A stretch of 34,841 bases of DNA from the IMG/VR virus record IMGVR_UViG_3300012964_000008, positions 1 through 34,841 of that record. One strand, written 5' to 3'. Position numbers and translations under genes: made by a program. The notes under the pieces are model-generated. The model ran no database searches and was not told the origin of the DNA. It saw only the letters and a list, made by a program, of their open reading frames with translations. This document shows positions 14,443 to 23,364 of the stretch, in pieces. The first letter of the stretch is position 1, and the number at the start of each line of letters is the position of its first letter. Source of the stretch: a virus.

Positions 14443-14661
14443 ATGGGGAATGATCGGCAGTTGTGCCACTGTCTGCGCTGTGGATGGATCTGGTTTCCCC
14501 GGCAGAAGAAAAGCCTGAACGAGGTGGTAAACAATCCCCTTCCCAAGGCCTGCCCAAAGTGTGGGAGCAGGAAATGGCAGTTCGATGATCCAAAATCAGT
14601 AGAAAAGAAGGTTTCCTCTGCGATGGGTTTGGTACGGCACTGGCTCGGGATCAGGAGATAA
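14443..14661 (+). CDS. Zinc-ribbon protein (72 aa), paralog of 9651..9851
   Basis: AAAGGAGGTGAGG precedes the ATG. CLRCGWIWFPRQKK...CPKCGSRKW. Confidence 0.65.
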   Translation: MGNDRQLCHCLRCGWIWFPRQKKSLNEVVNNPLPKACPKCGSRKWQFDDPKSVEKKVSSAMGLVRHWLGIRR

Positions 14662-14665
14662 AGAA

Positions 14666-15097
14666 ATGGATTCCTTCAACAGAAAGTGCTTCCTCCCTCT
14701 TCGGAAGCCAGAGAGGAAGATCATTTGCAAGGGGTGCGGAGAATCGTTCACGGTGGAAAGCGACCGGATAAGGTTCTTTTGCCCGGACTGCCGTGTTGAT
14801 ACCTTCAACCAGATTCTTGGCAGAAAGATCAGGGAGATGGAGGAGCACAGGGTTGAGCTTGTGCAGCACTACCGGGCGGTGGATTACAAGGCGGGTTTGC
14901 TCGATCAGGCATTGAGTCTGGCCAAGGACATGCGGGTCACAGTCCAGGAGGCTTTACAGCGTTTGGCAGAAGGGGATGCTGGCAGTGGGGGCAGTTCAGG
15001 AGGGACCGATCCGGGATCTCCTGCCGGCAGCCGGGGCAAAGGTGTAAGGCGTGCTTCGGTGCGGTCCTCCACCATCCGCAGACCTGGCAACGAGTAG
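14666..15097 (+). CDS. Zinc-ribbon plus helical protein (143 aa), last rightward gene
   Basis: GGAGATAAAGAA precedes the ATG. CKGCGESF...FCPDC. The last roughly 50 aa are low-complexity G/S/R-rich and are encoded antisense to 14937..15161. Confidence 0.55.
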   Translation: MDSFNRKCFLPLRKPERKIICKGCGESFTVESDRIRFFCPDCRVDTFNQILGRKIREMEEHRVELVQHYRAVDYKAGLLDQALSLAKDMRVTVQEALQRLAEGDAGSGGSSGGTDPGSPAGSRGKGVRRASVRSSTIRRPGNE

Positions 15098-15161
15098 GTA
15101 GGGAAATGTCTGCGGTTGCGTTGAGCGTCTTGCAGACGGGGCAGGTCCATTGCCAGGGCAA
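14937..15161 (-). CDS. Double zinc-ribbon protein (74 aa), TTG start, last leftward gene
   Basis: CPVC...CQVC...CPGC...CPHC (four CxxC pairs). TTG directly follows the upstream TAG. It overlaps the convergent plus-strand ORF by 161 nt. Confidence 0.45.
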   Translation of the reverse strand: MPWQWTCPVCKTLNATADISLPTRCQVCGWWRTAPKHALHLCPGCRQEIPDRSLLNCPHCQHPLLPNAVKPPGL

Positions 15162-15350
15162 CTATTTCCTGAGTCCTCGCAGGGTTTCGGCAAGGCGGGC
15201 CCGTTTCCCCATCGTCCCCTTCGCGTGGGTCTTCTCCTCCAGCCAGGTGCTCCTGATGGTCCCCTCCCTGGTGATGGCTCCCGCCCTCTTGGCCGCTGCT
15301 CGTAAGGCTCCCTTGTGTTTGATTGCTCCCGCGATCCACTTCTTCGCCAC
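15162..15350 (-). CDS. Small basic protein (62 aa), GTG start
   Basis: GTG at 15350 lies 7 nt after GGGGGA. MAKKWIAGAIKHKGALRAAAKRAGAI...GKRARLAETLRGLRK. Confidence 0.5.
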   Translation of the reverse strand: MAKKWIAGAIKHKGALRAAAKRAGAITREGTIRSTWLEEKTHAKGTMGKRARLAETLRGLRK

Positions 15351-15366
15351 TTCTCATTCCCCCCTC

Positions 15367-15756
15367 TTAAAAGATCGTCTCCTTCGGCTTGGCCGGATCA
15401 CAGTCTAAATGCACCCAGGGCCGAAATGCCCCTTTCCTCCTGCACTTCGGATTGAGGCATCGGTAGTTCTCGAAACCCGCATTTGCCTCGATCCGATTGA
15501 ATCCCGCCAGGATCGCCGCCGTGATGATCTGCCACCGGTGGTGATTGTCCTTCACTCTGACATCGACTGCCCATCCCGGGATATGGGAAGAGGTATCCTC
15601 GCTGCCAAACTTCCGGTTATAGCTAAGGCAACGAGTACCCGACGATGCCTCCTGCGATCCCGCGACTTCCTCCATCTTTTGGATCATCTGCCAAAGAAGA
15701 TCCTGGGCCTTATTCGTCCCGCACCCGCAATGGCAGGCGAGATCCTCACGGGTCAT
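15367..15756 (-). CDS. Endolysin, Peptidase_M15A-type zinc peptidase
   Basis: 129 aa. CHCGCG, SSHIPGWAVDV (SxHxxGxAxD) and VHLDCD zinc-ligand layout. It lies immediately after a holin-like gene. Confidence 0.7.
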   Translation of the reverse strand: MTREDLACHCGCGTNKAQDLLWQMIQKMEEVAGSQEASSGTRCLSYNRKFGSEDTSSHIPGWAVDVRVKDNHHRWQIITAAILAGFNRIEANAGFENYRCLNPKCRRKGAFRPWVHLDCDPAKPKETIF

Positions 15757-15759
15757 GGC

Positions 15760-15951
15760 CTATCCGGTCCCCGGAGTGTCCGATGCAAATTTGCCTGTGA
15801 AGTAGCCGAGTACGATGCCTAAGAGAAAAGCCACGACATCCTTCAAGGCCGCGGAATCCATCCGCATGAACCACATCCCTCCCCCGACAAGGATCAGGAT
15901 ATAGAACACGAGAGCATTCCGCGAAAACATTAGACCGAACCATTGCTTCAC
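15760..15951 (-). CDS. Holin (two TM segments), GTG start
   Basis: 63 aa. TM1 ALVFYILILVGGGMWFM and TM2 VVAFLLGIVLGYFTG. GGAGG lies 7 nt before the GTG. Confidence 0.6.
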   Translation of the reverse strand: MKQWFGLMFSRNALVFYILILVGGGMWFMRMDSAALKDVVAFLLGIVLGYFTGKFASDTPGTG

Positions 15952-15968
15952 CGAATTGCCTCCTCTCC

Positions 15969-16136
15969 TTACTCCCAGACGGGAAGATTCTTCTGCGCCG
16001 CTTTGATCCGACCGATCAAAGTCTGCTTATCCTCCTCCGGGGAATCCATATCCTGAATCGCCACGATGATTCCCGGCAAGGCATTCATCATTGCGATGAT
16101 TCCATTCACGAGCAGGGTCGCGGTTAAGAAGTCCAT
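15969..16136 (-). CDS. Small membrane protein (55 aa), below the track cutoff
   Basis: Hand translation gives MDFLTATLLVNGIIAMMNALPGIIVAIQDMDSPEEDKQTLIGRIKAAQKNLPVWE. AAGGAG lies 7 nt before the ATG. Confidence 0.5.
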   Translation of the reverse strand: MDFLTATLLVNGIIAMMNALPGIIVAIQDMDSPEEDKQTLIGRIKAAQKNLPVWE

Positions 16137-16140
16137 TCAG

Positions 16141-16533
16141 TCACTCCTTTTTCATCGCTCCGAGTTCAACGAGGAGGTTGAACAGGGCCGTTGTGTTCAT
16201 GGTGTAAAGTTCCGCCAGATCCTGATACTCCTGCAGCGTCGCTTGCCTTTTCAGCAGATCCTCCGTCTCAATGGCAGTGATGAGTAGGTCTCCTGCGAGA
16301 AGGTAAGCGCTCCGTGCCTCGTTGTAGATTTCTTTAATCTCGATGCACTTTTCTGGGGCGATAAGGCCTTGATCGCAGGCCGGCCTTGCCACATCATATC
16401 CCGCCTTCAACGTGATACCGGCCAACTCATAGGATGAAACGACTTTTCCCTTCGTCCCTCCTGTCGCGCAGGATGCCAGCAACAGGACCAAGGCAATCCC
16501 GAAGATCGACAGGATTGCGATTCGCTTTCTCAC
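16141..16533 (-). CDS. Lipoprotein (130 aa) in the lysis cassette
   Basis: MRKRIAILSIFGIALVLLLASC has the lipobox LLASC. The GTG start overlaps the upstream stop (GTGA). Confidence 0.6.
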   Translation of the reverse strand: MRKRIAILSIFGIALVLLLASCATGGTKGKVVSSYELAGITLKAGYDVARPACDQGLIAPEKCIEIKEIYNEARSAYLLAGDLLITAIETEDLLKRQATLQEYQDLAELYTMNTTALFNLLVELGAMKKE

Positions 16534-16751
16534 GGCTTCTCTCCTTTATTGTTCTTACGGTTGTTGTGCAATCTGACCAGATCCGCGCCAAAGATCCGGA
16601 CCGCTACCAGGATGACCGCGACCAAGACCGGGTAGAGAATGTGGTTGATGAGCCTCTCTTGCTCTGCCAGGTGATCCAGCAAGAGCGTCTCCAACCTCAT
16701 CAACCGTTCGAGGATTGATGATCCTGCGGCTTCCGCATAGATCCAGATCAT
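16530..16751 (-). CDS. Membrane protein (73 aa) with a central or C-terminal TM segment
   Basis: The ATG at 16751 overlaps the tail-fibre stop (ATGA). TM segment ILYPVLVAVILVAVRIFGA and a basic tail NNRKNNKGEKP. Confidence 0.5.
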   Translation of the reverse strand: MIWIYAEAAGSSILERLMRLETLLLDHLAEQERLINHILYPVLVAVILVAVRIFGADLVRLHNNRKNNKGEKP

Positions 16752-18163
16752 ACGAGCCTCCTCGCGGTAAGGTAGGAATTCGTGAACAGGATGGTGGCCG
16801 TGGCGTAGGAAGCGTTTTGCGCCCACTGCAGCTTCATATTCCCAGCATTGGCTCCTCCGAAGTACCATCCCTTGATGCAGAGTCCTCCCTTGCTTGTCGA
16901 GGCGGGGAATTGATAGTTCGTGAGGCTTCCCGTTTCACTCTTGAGTGCGGTCGCAATCGTATCACCCCAGACAACCATATTCTCCCAAAGCATCGCCCCG
17001 CCCGTCGGTACGGTGAATTGGCATTTGAACTTTCCGGTCGCATGGGACTGCCCGATGAGGTAAAGGGAAAACTCCCAGACCTCATTCACGCTTACCGGAA
17101 GAAACAGATGGTCATCGTCCTGATAGGCAGTCGAGCTGGCAACCGATTCATCCGCAGTCTTGCGGATCAGGAGCGAAGGAGGATCAGAGAAGAGCACCCC
17201 AAAGGTCCAGGCGGAGATACTTCCAGCGCCTCCTCCAGCGTAGGCAGTAAGGGCGATAGCAAAGCTGCCAGTTGTGGGCATAGATCCTGCATCCTCGGCC
17301 CTTTTCGCCGTTGCGGAGGTCCTCAGATAATTCCCGCGAGCGACATTCCCTTGGACATTTATGGTCATGGGGCATCCTGACCTTGCGAATATCCCGGCTG
17401 CGTTGTCTGGTATGCTTCCGAGGGAGATCAGGACGGGGACTCCGGTTCCTTGGATTGTGGTGCTTTTTACCGCAGAATCGTTGCCGGTATCGAGAATGAC
17501 CACATCCCCCGCCACCAGGTCTCCGCCTGATTTATTCGTGAGATAGGCAACTGATCCGGGTTTCCAATTGGGATAACCCCCGGAGACAACCAAACCATCT
17601 CCCTCATTTCCCTTGATGAATTTCTCCGGTATGGCACCCACTCCTCCTCGGATCATATCTCCGGCTGCGGTTATGACATTGAGGGAATCAACCGGATCAA
17701 GAGTGAACGCTTCGAGACCAGAGAGATCACTCTTCCATCTAACAGGTTTTCCGGCCTCTGGCGTGATTTCACTTAGCATCGTCACAACCCCGACATGGAG
17801 CGTATGGCTATCGACAACTTCTGCGATCCGTTGGACCATCATGGTCAGGAGGTCCAAGGCTTTCTCATGCGAGGAGGAAGGGAAAGGGCCGGAAGGAGGA
17901 TATTCGATAAGTTGAGTTTTCGGCACATCTCGCAGGAGTGTTACCTGCGAGACCCCAGCGGCATAGGGAGCGGTAGAGAAAGTGACGGTGCCCCCTCCCG
18001 CCTCGCCGATCCCGGAGATCGTGAAGTCGGAGGTTTGTTGCACTCCATCGAAATAGACCTTGAGATGGGTAGCATCATAAATCAGGCAATTATCGAAATC
18101 GAATTCCGTCTGGCCCGGCGTGGGCGCATAATCGAAGCGATCTGTTTCGTTCGTAACGCTCAT
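16748..18163 (-). CDS. Tail fibre protein
   Basis: 471 aa. N-terminal DRFDYAPTPGQTEFDFDNCLIYDATHLKVYFDGVQQTSDFTISG is a typical fibre N-terminal domain. The remainder is G/S/T-rich and beta-type. It occupies the position of T7 gp17. Confidence 0.6.
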   Translation of the reverse strand: MSVTNETDRFDYAPTPGQTEFDFDNCLIYDATHLKVYFDGVQQTSDFTISGIGEAGGGTVTFSTAPYAAGVSQVTLLRDVPKTQLIEYPPSGPFPSSSHEKALDLLTMMVQRIAEVVDSHTLHVGVVTMLSEITPEAGKPVRWKSDLSGLEAFTLDPVDSLNVITAAGDMIRGGVGAIPEKFIKGNEGDGLVVSGGYPNWKPGSVAYLTNKSGGDLVAGDVVILDTGNDSAVKSTTIQGTGVPVLISLGSIPDNAAGIFARSGCPMTINVQGNVARGNYLRTSATAKRAEDAGSMPTTGSFAIALTAYAGGGAGSISAWTFGVLFSDPPSLLIRKTADESVASSTAYQDDDHLFLPVSVNEVWEFSLYLIGQSHATGKFKCQFTVPTGGAMLWENMVVWGDTIATALKSETGSLTNYQFPASTSKGGLCIKGWYFGGANAGNMKLQWAQNASYATATILFTNSYLTARRLV

Positions 18164-21100
18164 GGCGGTGTCCCTCCTCCTGGGTATCTATTCTCTAAGA
18201 CGGGTTGCAGCCTCTCCTCGACCGTGGTGGGTCCGACCCGGAATTGCTGCCGTCCCGCCACCGTGGGCCAATACTTATGCGCGAGATCCGGATAGGCCTT
18301 GAGCAATTCATCCAGGGCCGCCTCCCGATAGAGACTTACCGGCTCCCTGAGCATGGCCATCCGGGCGAAGTCAGTCACGGTGGGATCGTTCCATTGTGGT
18401 GACTTGATGATCTTCAAGTGTTGATCGTACAGGCTCGGCAGGTTCTTATAAGCCGGATTCCTCCTCCCGAGTTCCCCCTGGTAGTTCGCCCGCAGGCGCT
18501 GGAAGAGGTCGTATTGCTCATCGTTCAATTCCACGCCCACGCCGGGAAGTTCCACGGCCCGTGGGTCTGTGGGTGGCCTATATCCCCCGATGGCCCTGGG
18601 GGGCTTATTGAGTTGGTTGAAGAATTTCCTGTTGAGGAGTTCGGTCCGGACTGGATCCTCCTCGATCTTGTGGGTCTCGAAGATGAGATCTCTCCAGGGC
18701 GAATCGTTCCAGGTCGGTGCAGCGTAAAAATCTCGCCTCCGGGGAATGCCTTTGCTCACCCAGGGTACCCGGCTCCGCAGGGCATCTACCGTGCTGTTGA
18801 CCTCATGCCAGACCGGATCGATCGCCTTCGCAGTCTGACCGGCAAGCGCACCCCAGGGGATGACCGTGGCGGCAAGCCCCCGGGCGAACCTGCTGGCCTG
18901 GAAAAGATCGCCCGAGAAGATCTCGGCGAAGTTGGCCAGGCTGGTGACGTAACTCTTGGAGAGCATCGCGTTAGAGGTCGATAACAGAACCGCGGAGGCT
19001 GCCTGACCCAGGTCGAGCTGCCTGTCCTGATCCGCGATCTCTATGAGATTAGCCATCGCGCCGACCGTCATCCCCCAGGGATCGAGGCGACCGTAAGGGA
19101 ACCAATGTTTCCCGACCCGGATGGAATAAGGCCGCCATCCCTGCTTCATCATCTCCTGGCGGGTCAAAGCATCCTTCGGTCCCTCTCCGGTGATTTGGCC
19201 GGCCTCCACACCGAGAGCGACCATCGTCCAGGCCATGACCCCCATGGACATTCGGGCCTCGGCCAGCTGCTTGGCGGCGGACCCCATCTCCCCACTGATC
19301 GCCCTCCGGTACTCTCCCAGGAGCATGTTGAGGCCGGGCGTGTATTCCATCGAGTACTTGAAGATATTGGTCGGGGTGCGGATGAAGGGGGCCAGAATTC
19401 GGAAGCCGGGGATCGTTCGGCCAGCCGTCATCAGGACCTCTCCGATACTCCCCACTGCCTTGGTGAAGGTCTGCCGCTCGGCCCACTGAGAGGCGGCCTG
19501 ACGGACCTCCTCGCTCGGATCGGCGAGTTCGGCGTCGACCGCCTGAAAGAGTTCTTGGAAGGTTTTCCCTCCCCTTTCCTTTACCACCTTCCTCCAGGAT
19601 TGGGCCGCGAGCTCGGCCCGATAGTTGGTCATCTTCCATAGATCGTCCGAGGCCATGAGGGCATTGCCGAAGGTTCGGAAGGCATACCCCAGGCCATTCA
19701 TCATCTGGCCTCCGAAGGTATTGGGATCCAGGCCCGCATTCTCCGCCGTGATCGCCGCTTTCCTGCCACCTTGCAGGTATTCGAGCTTGGTGGCCTCCTG
19801 TCCAAACGCCGATTGTCCGGTCCGCATGGTCTTGGCCGCAAGTCGCATCCCATCGGCGAATCCAGAGATGCTGGCCAGAAACATGGCGACCCCCTCCCCA
19901 TGTTGAATATCTCCGGGAAACATGGCCGCGAGCTCTCGCTCCGGAATGGCAGCCATCGCAGCCAGCATATTGGAGAAGAAGTTGGCCGCATGGGTGCGCG
20001 GACCGGAAAGGAGAGAATTGATCCAGCCCTCATAGATCATATCCCAGGTAGTGGCCTTGGTCGCTTGGGCGGCGAAGGCCTGGAGCTCCTCGGGGGTCTG
20101 GATCGAGGAGATCATCTGCATCATCTTCCAGGGATCTTTCTCCCCGGACCGGTAGATCGGCCCGAACTGATCCAGGAAGGCGCTCCATTGGCTGACCGGA
20201 TCGGTGAGGATATGCAGGAGCCTTCCGGCCTCTGCGGATAAACCTTTCCGGACCTTATACAGGTCCGCGTTGAGCATGAACGCCTGCATGGCCTCCGCAT
20301 AGTCTGCCTCGTCCCGAGTCTGCAAAGCCTTCTGTGCCAGGGTCCTGACGTTCTGGCCCGCCTCGTTGAACAGCTCCATCGCCCTGGCCATCCTGGAGGA
20401 GATGAAGATGGTCCCCGGCTTCACCTTCTGGAGATCTTCTCCCGTCAATCCCGACTTGCGGCCTTCCTCGAAATCGACTGCCATCGGGATCTTGCCCCGC
20501 CTCTGCTCTTCTACGATCTCATCCCAATTCTTGGCGAGATCCTCCGCCTCTTTGGCGAGTTCGGTGACCTTCTGATAAGGGACGTGGACGCCCAGGGCGC
20601 GGGCCTGCTCCGGCTTAAGGAAGCAAATCGTGGCGATCTGCTCCGGCCTACCCGGCTCGAATCCGGTCCCCGGCACGTCATCGAGCATGTAGACCGCATC
20701 GTATCCCTGCTTCTTGAGATCCTCGGAGAAGAGCCTCTGCATCTTGGCTGTGAGATTGGCTACCGGCTGGTATTCGGGATGTGCCAGAGGAGGATAGTTC
20801 CCATTCCTTCGATAGATCTCATTGACCTCATGCAGCATCTGCGAGCGGATCTTTTTGGCTTCCTGCTGCCCAGCTTCCGTGAGATAGTGAATCAGCGTGG
20901 GCTCCATGAGCTCCCAATCGCTCAGGTCTTCCGGGAGATGGTAGGAGCCATCCAGCCATTGGATCTTGTTTCCGATATTCAGAACCTTGAGGCCTCTATC
21001 TCGCAGGACCCGCAGCTGCACATCCGTCCCGGTGGCCATTCCCCTCGGTATGGTGATTGAGGATGCCTTGGCAAAAACTCCTTCCGGCACCGCATCGTCG

Positions 21101-23364
21101 AGATGCCGCATGATCCTCTTGTCGCCCCATTCCGCACCTTCCGGAATCCGGAAGCCTCCAGCCCGGATGGACTCGGCAGCTTCGGGAGATGTCTGATGGG
21201 CGGTTACAACTCCTTCCTCCGGAAAATACTTGAATCCGAGGACTTCCTTGCGCTTCCCTCCCTCCCAATCCTGGAGCATGGTGCGTAACTGCTTCTCGTG
21301 GGCAACCGGATCGTATGCCCCACCGAAAAGGTTATCCCGGAGGCGATTGCGGAGGACAGTCTTCGCGTAGTTACCCCGGCCAAAATGTTGTCTTACCTCT
21401 GCGGTCCATTCAGAAATCGTCTGTGGAGTAATACCCAAACCCTCATTGTAATAAGCGAGCGCCTGGATCTCGGAGGTTAGGGGCAAAGGATGCGGGGAGG
21501 TCCAGGAGCGGTTAGAAAGGGTCGCAAGATCTGCGTATAACTTCCGGTCAGTATCGGTCCATAACCCTCTGTTTTGATCCAGTGATGCGGCCAACCGATT
21601 CAGGGCCTCTCTGGACGGCTCAGCGGCCTCATAGATCAGCGAATCGCCGGACCTCTTGAATCCCTGCCGTTGCCATTCCCGGTCGAACCCGGTCAGGTTG
21701 GTGACCACCTTGGACTGGTTCGCATCGGCGAATCCCGAGATCGTTCGCATCACGTCCCCGGGGATCGTCTGCCCGGCAGCAGCCCTTCGGATGTGTAAGG
21801 TATTGTCTGGATCGAATCGGAAGTTCAGGGTGCCAATCTCTTCCCCACCCTTGAGCAATCGCACCTGGGTGAAACCAGTTTTGAGTTCCTTCGGCTTGGA
21901 AAAAACGCAGTCGAGGCTGAGGTACTCCATGAGATTGCGGGAGACATCTGCCGGGAAATCCTCTACTGACCCGATGGGAATCTTCGGCGCGGAGGGAGAT
22001 TTGACACCAGCCCGTTCGAGTGTCCGTGCCTTCCGGGCAGCGGCATTTCCCTTGATGGCCATTCCTGCGGCTTTAACCCCACGCAGGAGAAGGACAAGGG
22101 CTTCGCTAAGTCCTCCAGCCACCTGGCCTTCTATCGCCTGTTTCACTCTGCCCAACGCGCGCGTATCTCCGGGTTGAGCTTTCAGATAATCGGTGATCGG
22201 GCTTTTAAGGGAGGGCAGGTATTCCTCGAGGAGATTCGATAGTCTCGGATCTTCGGGATCCCATACGAGGAGGTCCGCGATACCGCCCGCACCTGCAGAT
22301 CGGATGAACTGCGCGAGGCGAGGAGCGGATTCCGCCAGACGTATTCCTACCTTGGCGGCCTTCATCGCCTTCGAACCGATCAGGAAGCCAGTCATGAATT
22401 GAGCGATGCCTTGGGCCAAACCGCCAGCCATCGAAGTGACTTGCGGTTTGGGGATCTTGCCCTTCTCCTGCACGAGGGCCTCCGCGCCTTCCATCGGAAG
22501 GATGCCCGGTTCTCCCACCGGAGGTGGTTCCCCCTTGCCGAATTGATCGATCCAATCGGCGAGTTCGTTGATATGCGTTGCGTCTCCCAACCATTCGGCC
22601 AGATCATGCGCCGTAGAGATCGTCTCCTCCACAGCTGCCAGGCCTCCGGCGATTCCGGCCTTCGGCAGTTCCCCCGCTCCGAACTTCGTGAGCTCTCGGG
22701 CTGCCCGTCCAATCAGGGTCTTCTCCTCCTGACCCGCTGCCTCCAGCCGTTGCACGTTTCCAAGCCAATGGCCCAAGATCGCGTCCTGGATTCCTCTGAC
22801 CGCTGCTGGTCCTGCCTTATAAGCGCCTCTCAGGATCTCGGTGCCAAGTTTCCTCTGTTCGGACCGCGAATAGGCCCTTGGCAGTTCTGCCGGTCCACCT
22901 GGCCGATAGGTCGAGGGTTCTCCGGATACCGTCCATTCGACCCGGTAATCCTGGTGAACGGAGGGATCATCGGGGTCCGGATTCAGGTTGCGGGCTGCGG
23001 CGACCTTTCCATACCAGGCCCGAAAGCGCTTCTCCTTGTCGTCGTTCCAGATGGCTTCGTCAGTCGCAGTACCTCCGACTGCTAAGGCCATTGCGGATGA
23101 GGGATTTTTCTTTGCCAAATCAGGATATTCGGCCAGGACTTCCGGAGGAACGGGAAGACCGGCTTCTACGGCATCTCTAACTGCTACCTCATGTCGAGCC
23201 TTGATGAATGTCGAACCAACGATTTTGTTTCTTTCTATATTTCTTGCCTGTTTTTCATCGGTAGCCCCTCTTCTAATCCATTCGGCAAGAGTCATCTCCC
23301 AGGGTTGTTTCGTCAATCCTTTTACCTCTTCTCCCGCTGCCCTCAGCACCTTGTCAATTTTCAT
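18160..23364 (-). CDS. Giant internal virion / DNA-ejection protein (1734 aa), polyvalent-protein-like
   Basis: It occupies the position of T7 gp16. Hydrophobic segments MAGGLAQGIAQFMTGFLIGS and SMGVMAWTMVALGVEAG. Conserved-looking LLSGPRTHAANFFSN and APFIRTPTNIFKYS. The central region has enzyme-like motifs (see findings). Confidence 0.6.
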   Translation of the reverse strand: MKIDKVLRAAGEEVKGLTKQPWEMTLAEWIRRGATDEKQARNIERNKIVGSTFIKARHEVAVRDAVEAGLPVPPEVLAEYPDLAKKNPSSAMALAVGGTATDEAIWNDDKEKRFRAWYGKVAAARNLNPDPDDPSVHQDYRVEWTVSGEPSTYRPGGPAELPRAYSRSEQRKLGTEILRGAYKAGPAAVRGIQDAILGHWLGNVQRLEAAGQEEKTLIGRAARELTKFGAGELPKAGIAGGLAAVEETISTAHDLAEWLGDATHINELADWIDQFGKGEPPPVGEPGILPMEGAEALVQEKGKIPKPQVTSMAGGLAQGIAQFMTGFLIGSKAMKAAKVGIRLAESAPRLAQFIRSAGAGGIADLLVWDPEDPRLSNLLEEYLPSLKSPITDYLKAQPGDTRALGRVKQAIEGQVAGGLSEALVLLLRGVKAAGMAIKGNAAARKARTLERAGVKSPSAPKIPIGSVEDFPADVSRNLMEYLSLDCVFSKPKELKTGFTQVRLLKGGEEIGTLNFRFDPDNTLHIRRAAAGQTIPGDVMRTISGFADANQSKVVTNLTGFDREWQRQGFKRSGDSLIYEAAEPSREALNRLAASLDQNRGLWTDTDRKLYADLATLSNRSWTSPHPLPLTSEIQALAYYNEGLGITPQTISEWTAEVRQHFGRGNYAKTVLRNRLRDNLFGGAYDPVAHEKQLRTMLQDWEGGKRKEVLGFKYFPEEGVVTAHQTSPEAAESIRAGGFRIPEGAEWGDKRIMRHLDDAVPEGVFAKASSITIPRGMATGTDVQLRVLRDRGLKVLNIGNKIQWLDGSYHLPEDLSDWELMEPTLIHYLTEAGQQEAKKIRSQMLHEVNEIYRRNGNYPPLAHPEYQPVANLTAKMQRLFSEDLKKQGYDAVYMLDDVPGTGFEPGRPEQIATICFLKPEQARALGVHVPYQKVTELAKEAEDLAKNWDEIVEEQRRGKIPMAVDFEEGRKSGLTGEDLQKVKPGTIFISSRMARAMELFNEAGQNVRTLAQKALQTRDEADYAEAMQAFMLNADLYKVRKGLSAEAGRLLHILTDPVSQWSAFLDQFGPIYRSGEKDPWKMMQMISSIQTPEELQAFAAQATKATTWDMIYEGWINSLLSGPRTHAANFFSNMLAAMAAIPERELAAMFPGDIQHGEGVAMFLASISGFADGMRLAAKTMRTGQSAFGQEATKLEYLQGGRKAAITAENAGLDPNTFGGQMMNGLGYAFRTFGNALMASDDLWKMTNYRAELAAQSWRKVVKERGGKTFQELFQAVDAELADPSEEVRQAASQWAERQTFTKAVGSIGEVLMTAGRTIPGFRILAPFIRTPTNIFKYSMEYTPGLNMLLGEYRRAISGEMGSAAKQLAEARMSMGVMAWTMVALGVEAGQITGEGPKDALTRQEMMKQGWRPYSIRVGKHWFPYGRLDPWGMTVGAMANLIEIADQDRQLDLGQAASAVLLSTSNAMLSKSYVTSLANFAEIFSGDLFQASRFARGLAATVIPWGALAGQTAKAIDPVWHEVNSTVDALRSRVPWVSKGIPRRRDFYAAPTWNDSPWRDLIFETHKIEEDPVRTELLNRKFFNQLNKPPRAIGGYRPPTDPRAVELPGVGVELNDEQYDLFQRLRANYQGELGRRNPAYKNLPSLYDQHLKIIKSPQWNDPTVTDFARMAMLREPVSLYREAALDELLKAYPDLAHKYWPTVAGRQQFRVGPTTVEERLQPVLENRYPGGGTPP

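Noticed and set aside
21619-21933. A GNAT-like acetyltransferase domain in the 1734-aa protein.
   Set aside because: There is only a loose resemblance (a strand-rich segment ending in WQRQGFKRSG) and no clear Q/RxxGxG/A acetyl-CoA motif. It is mentioned under the ART-like finding but not annotated as a feature.
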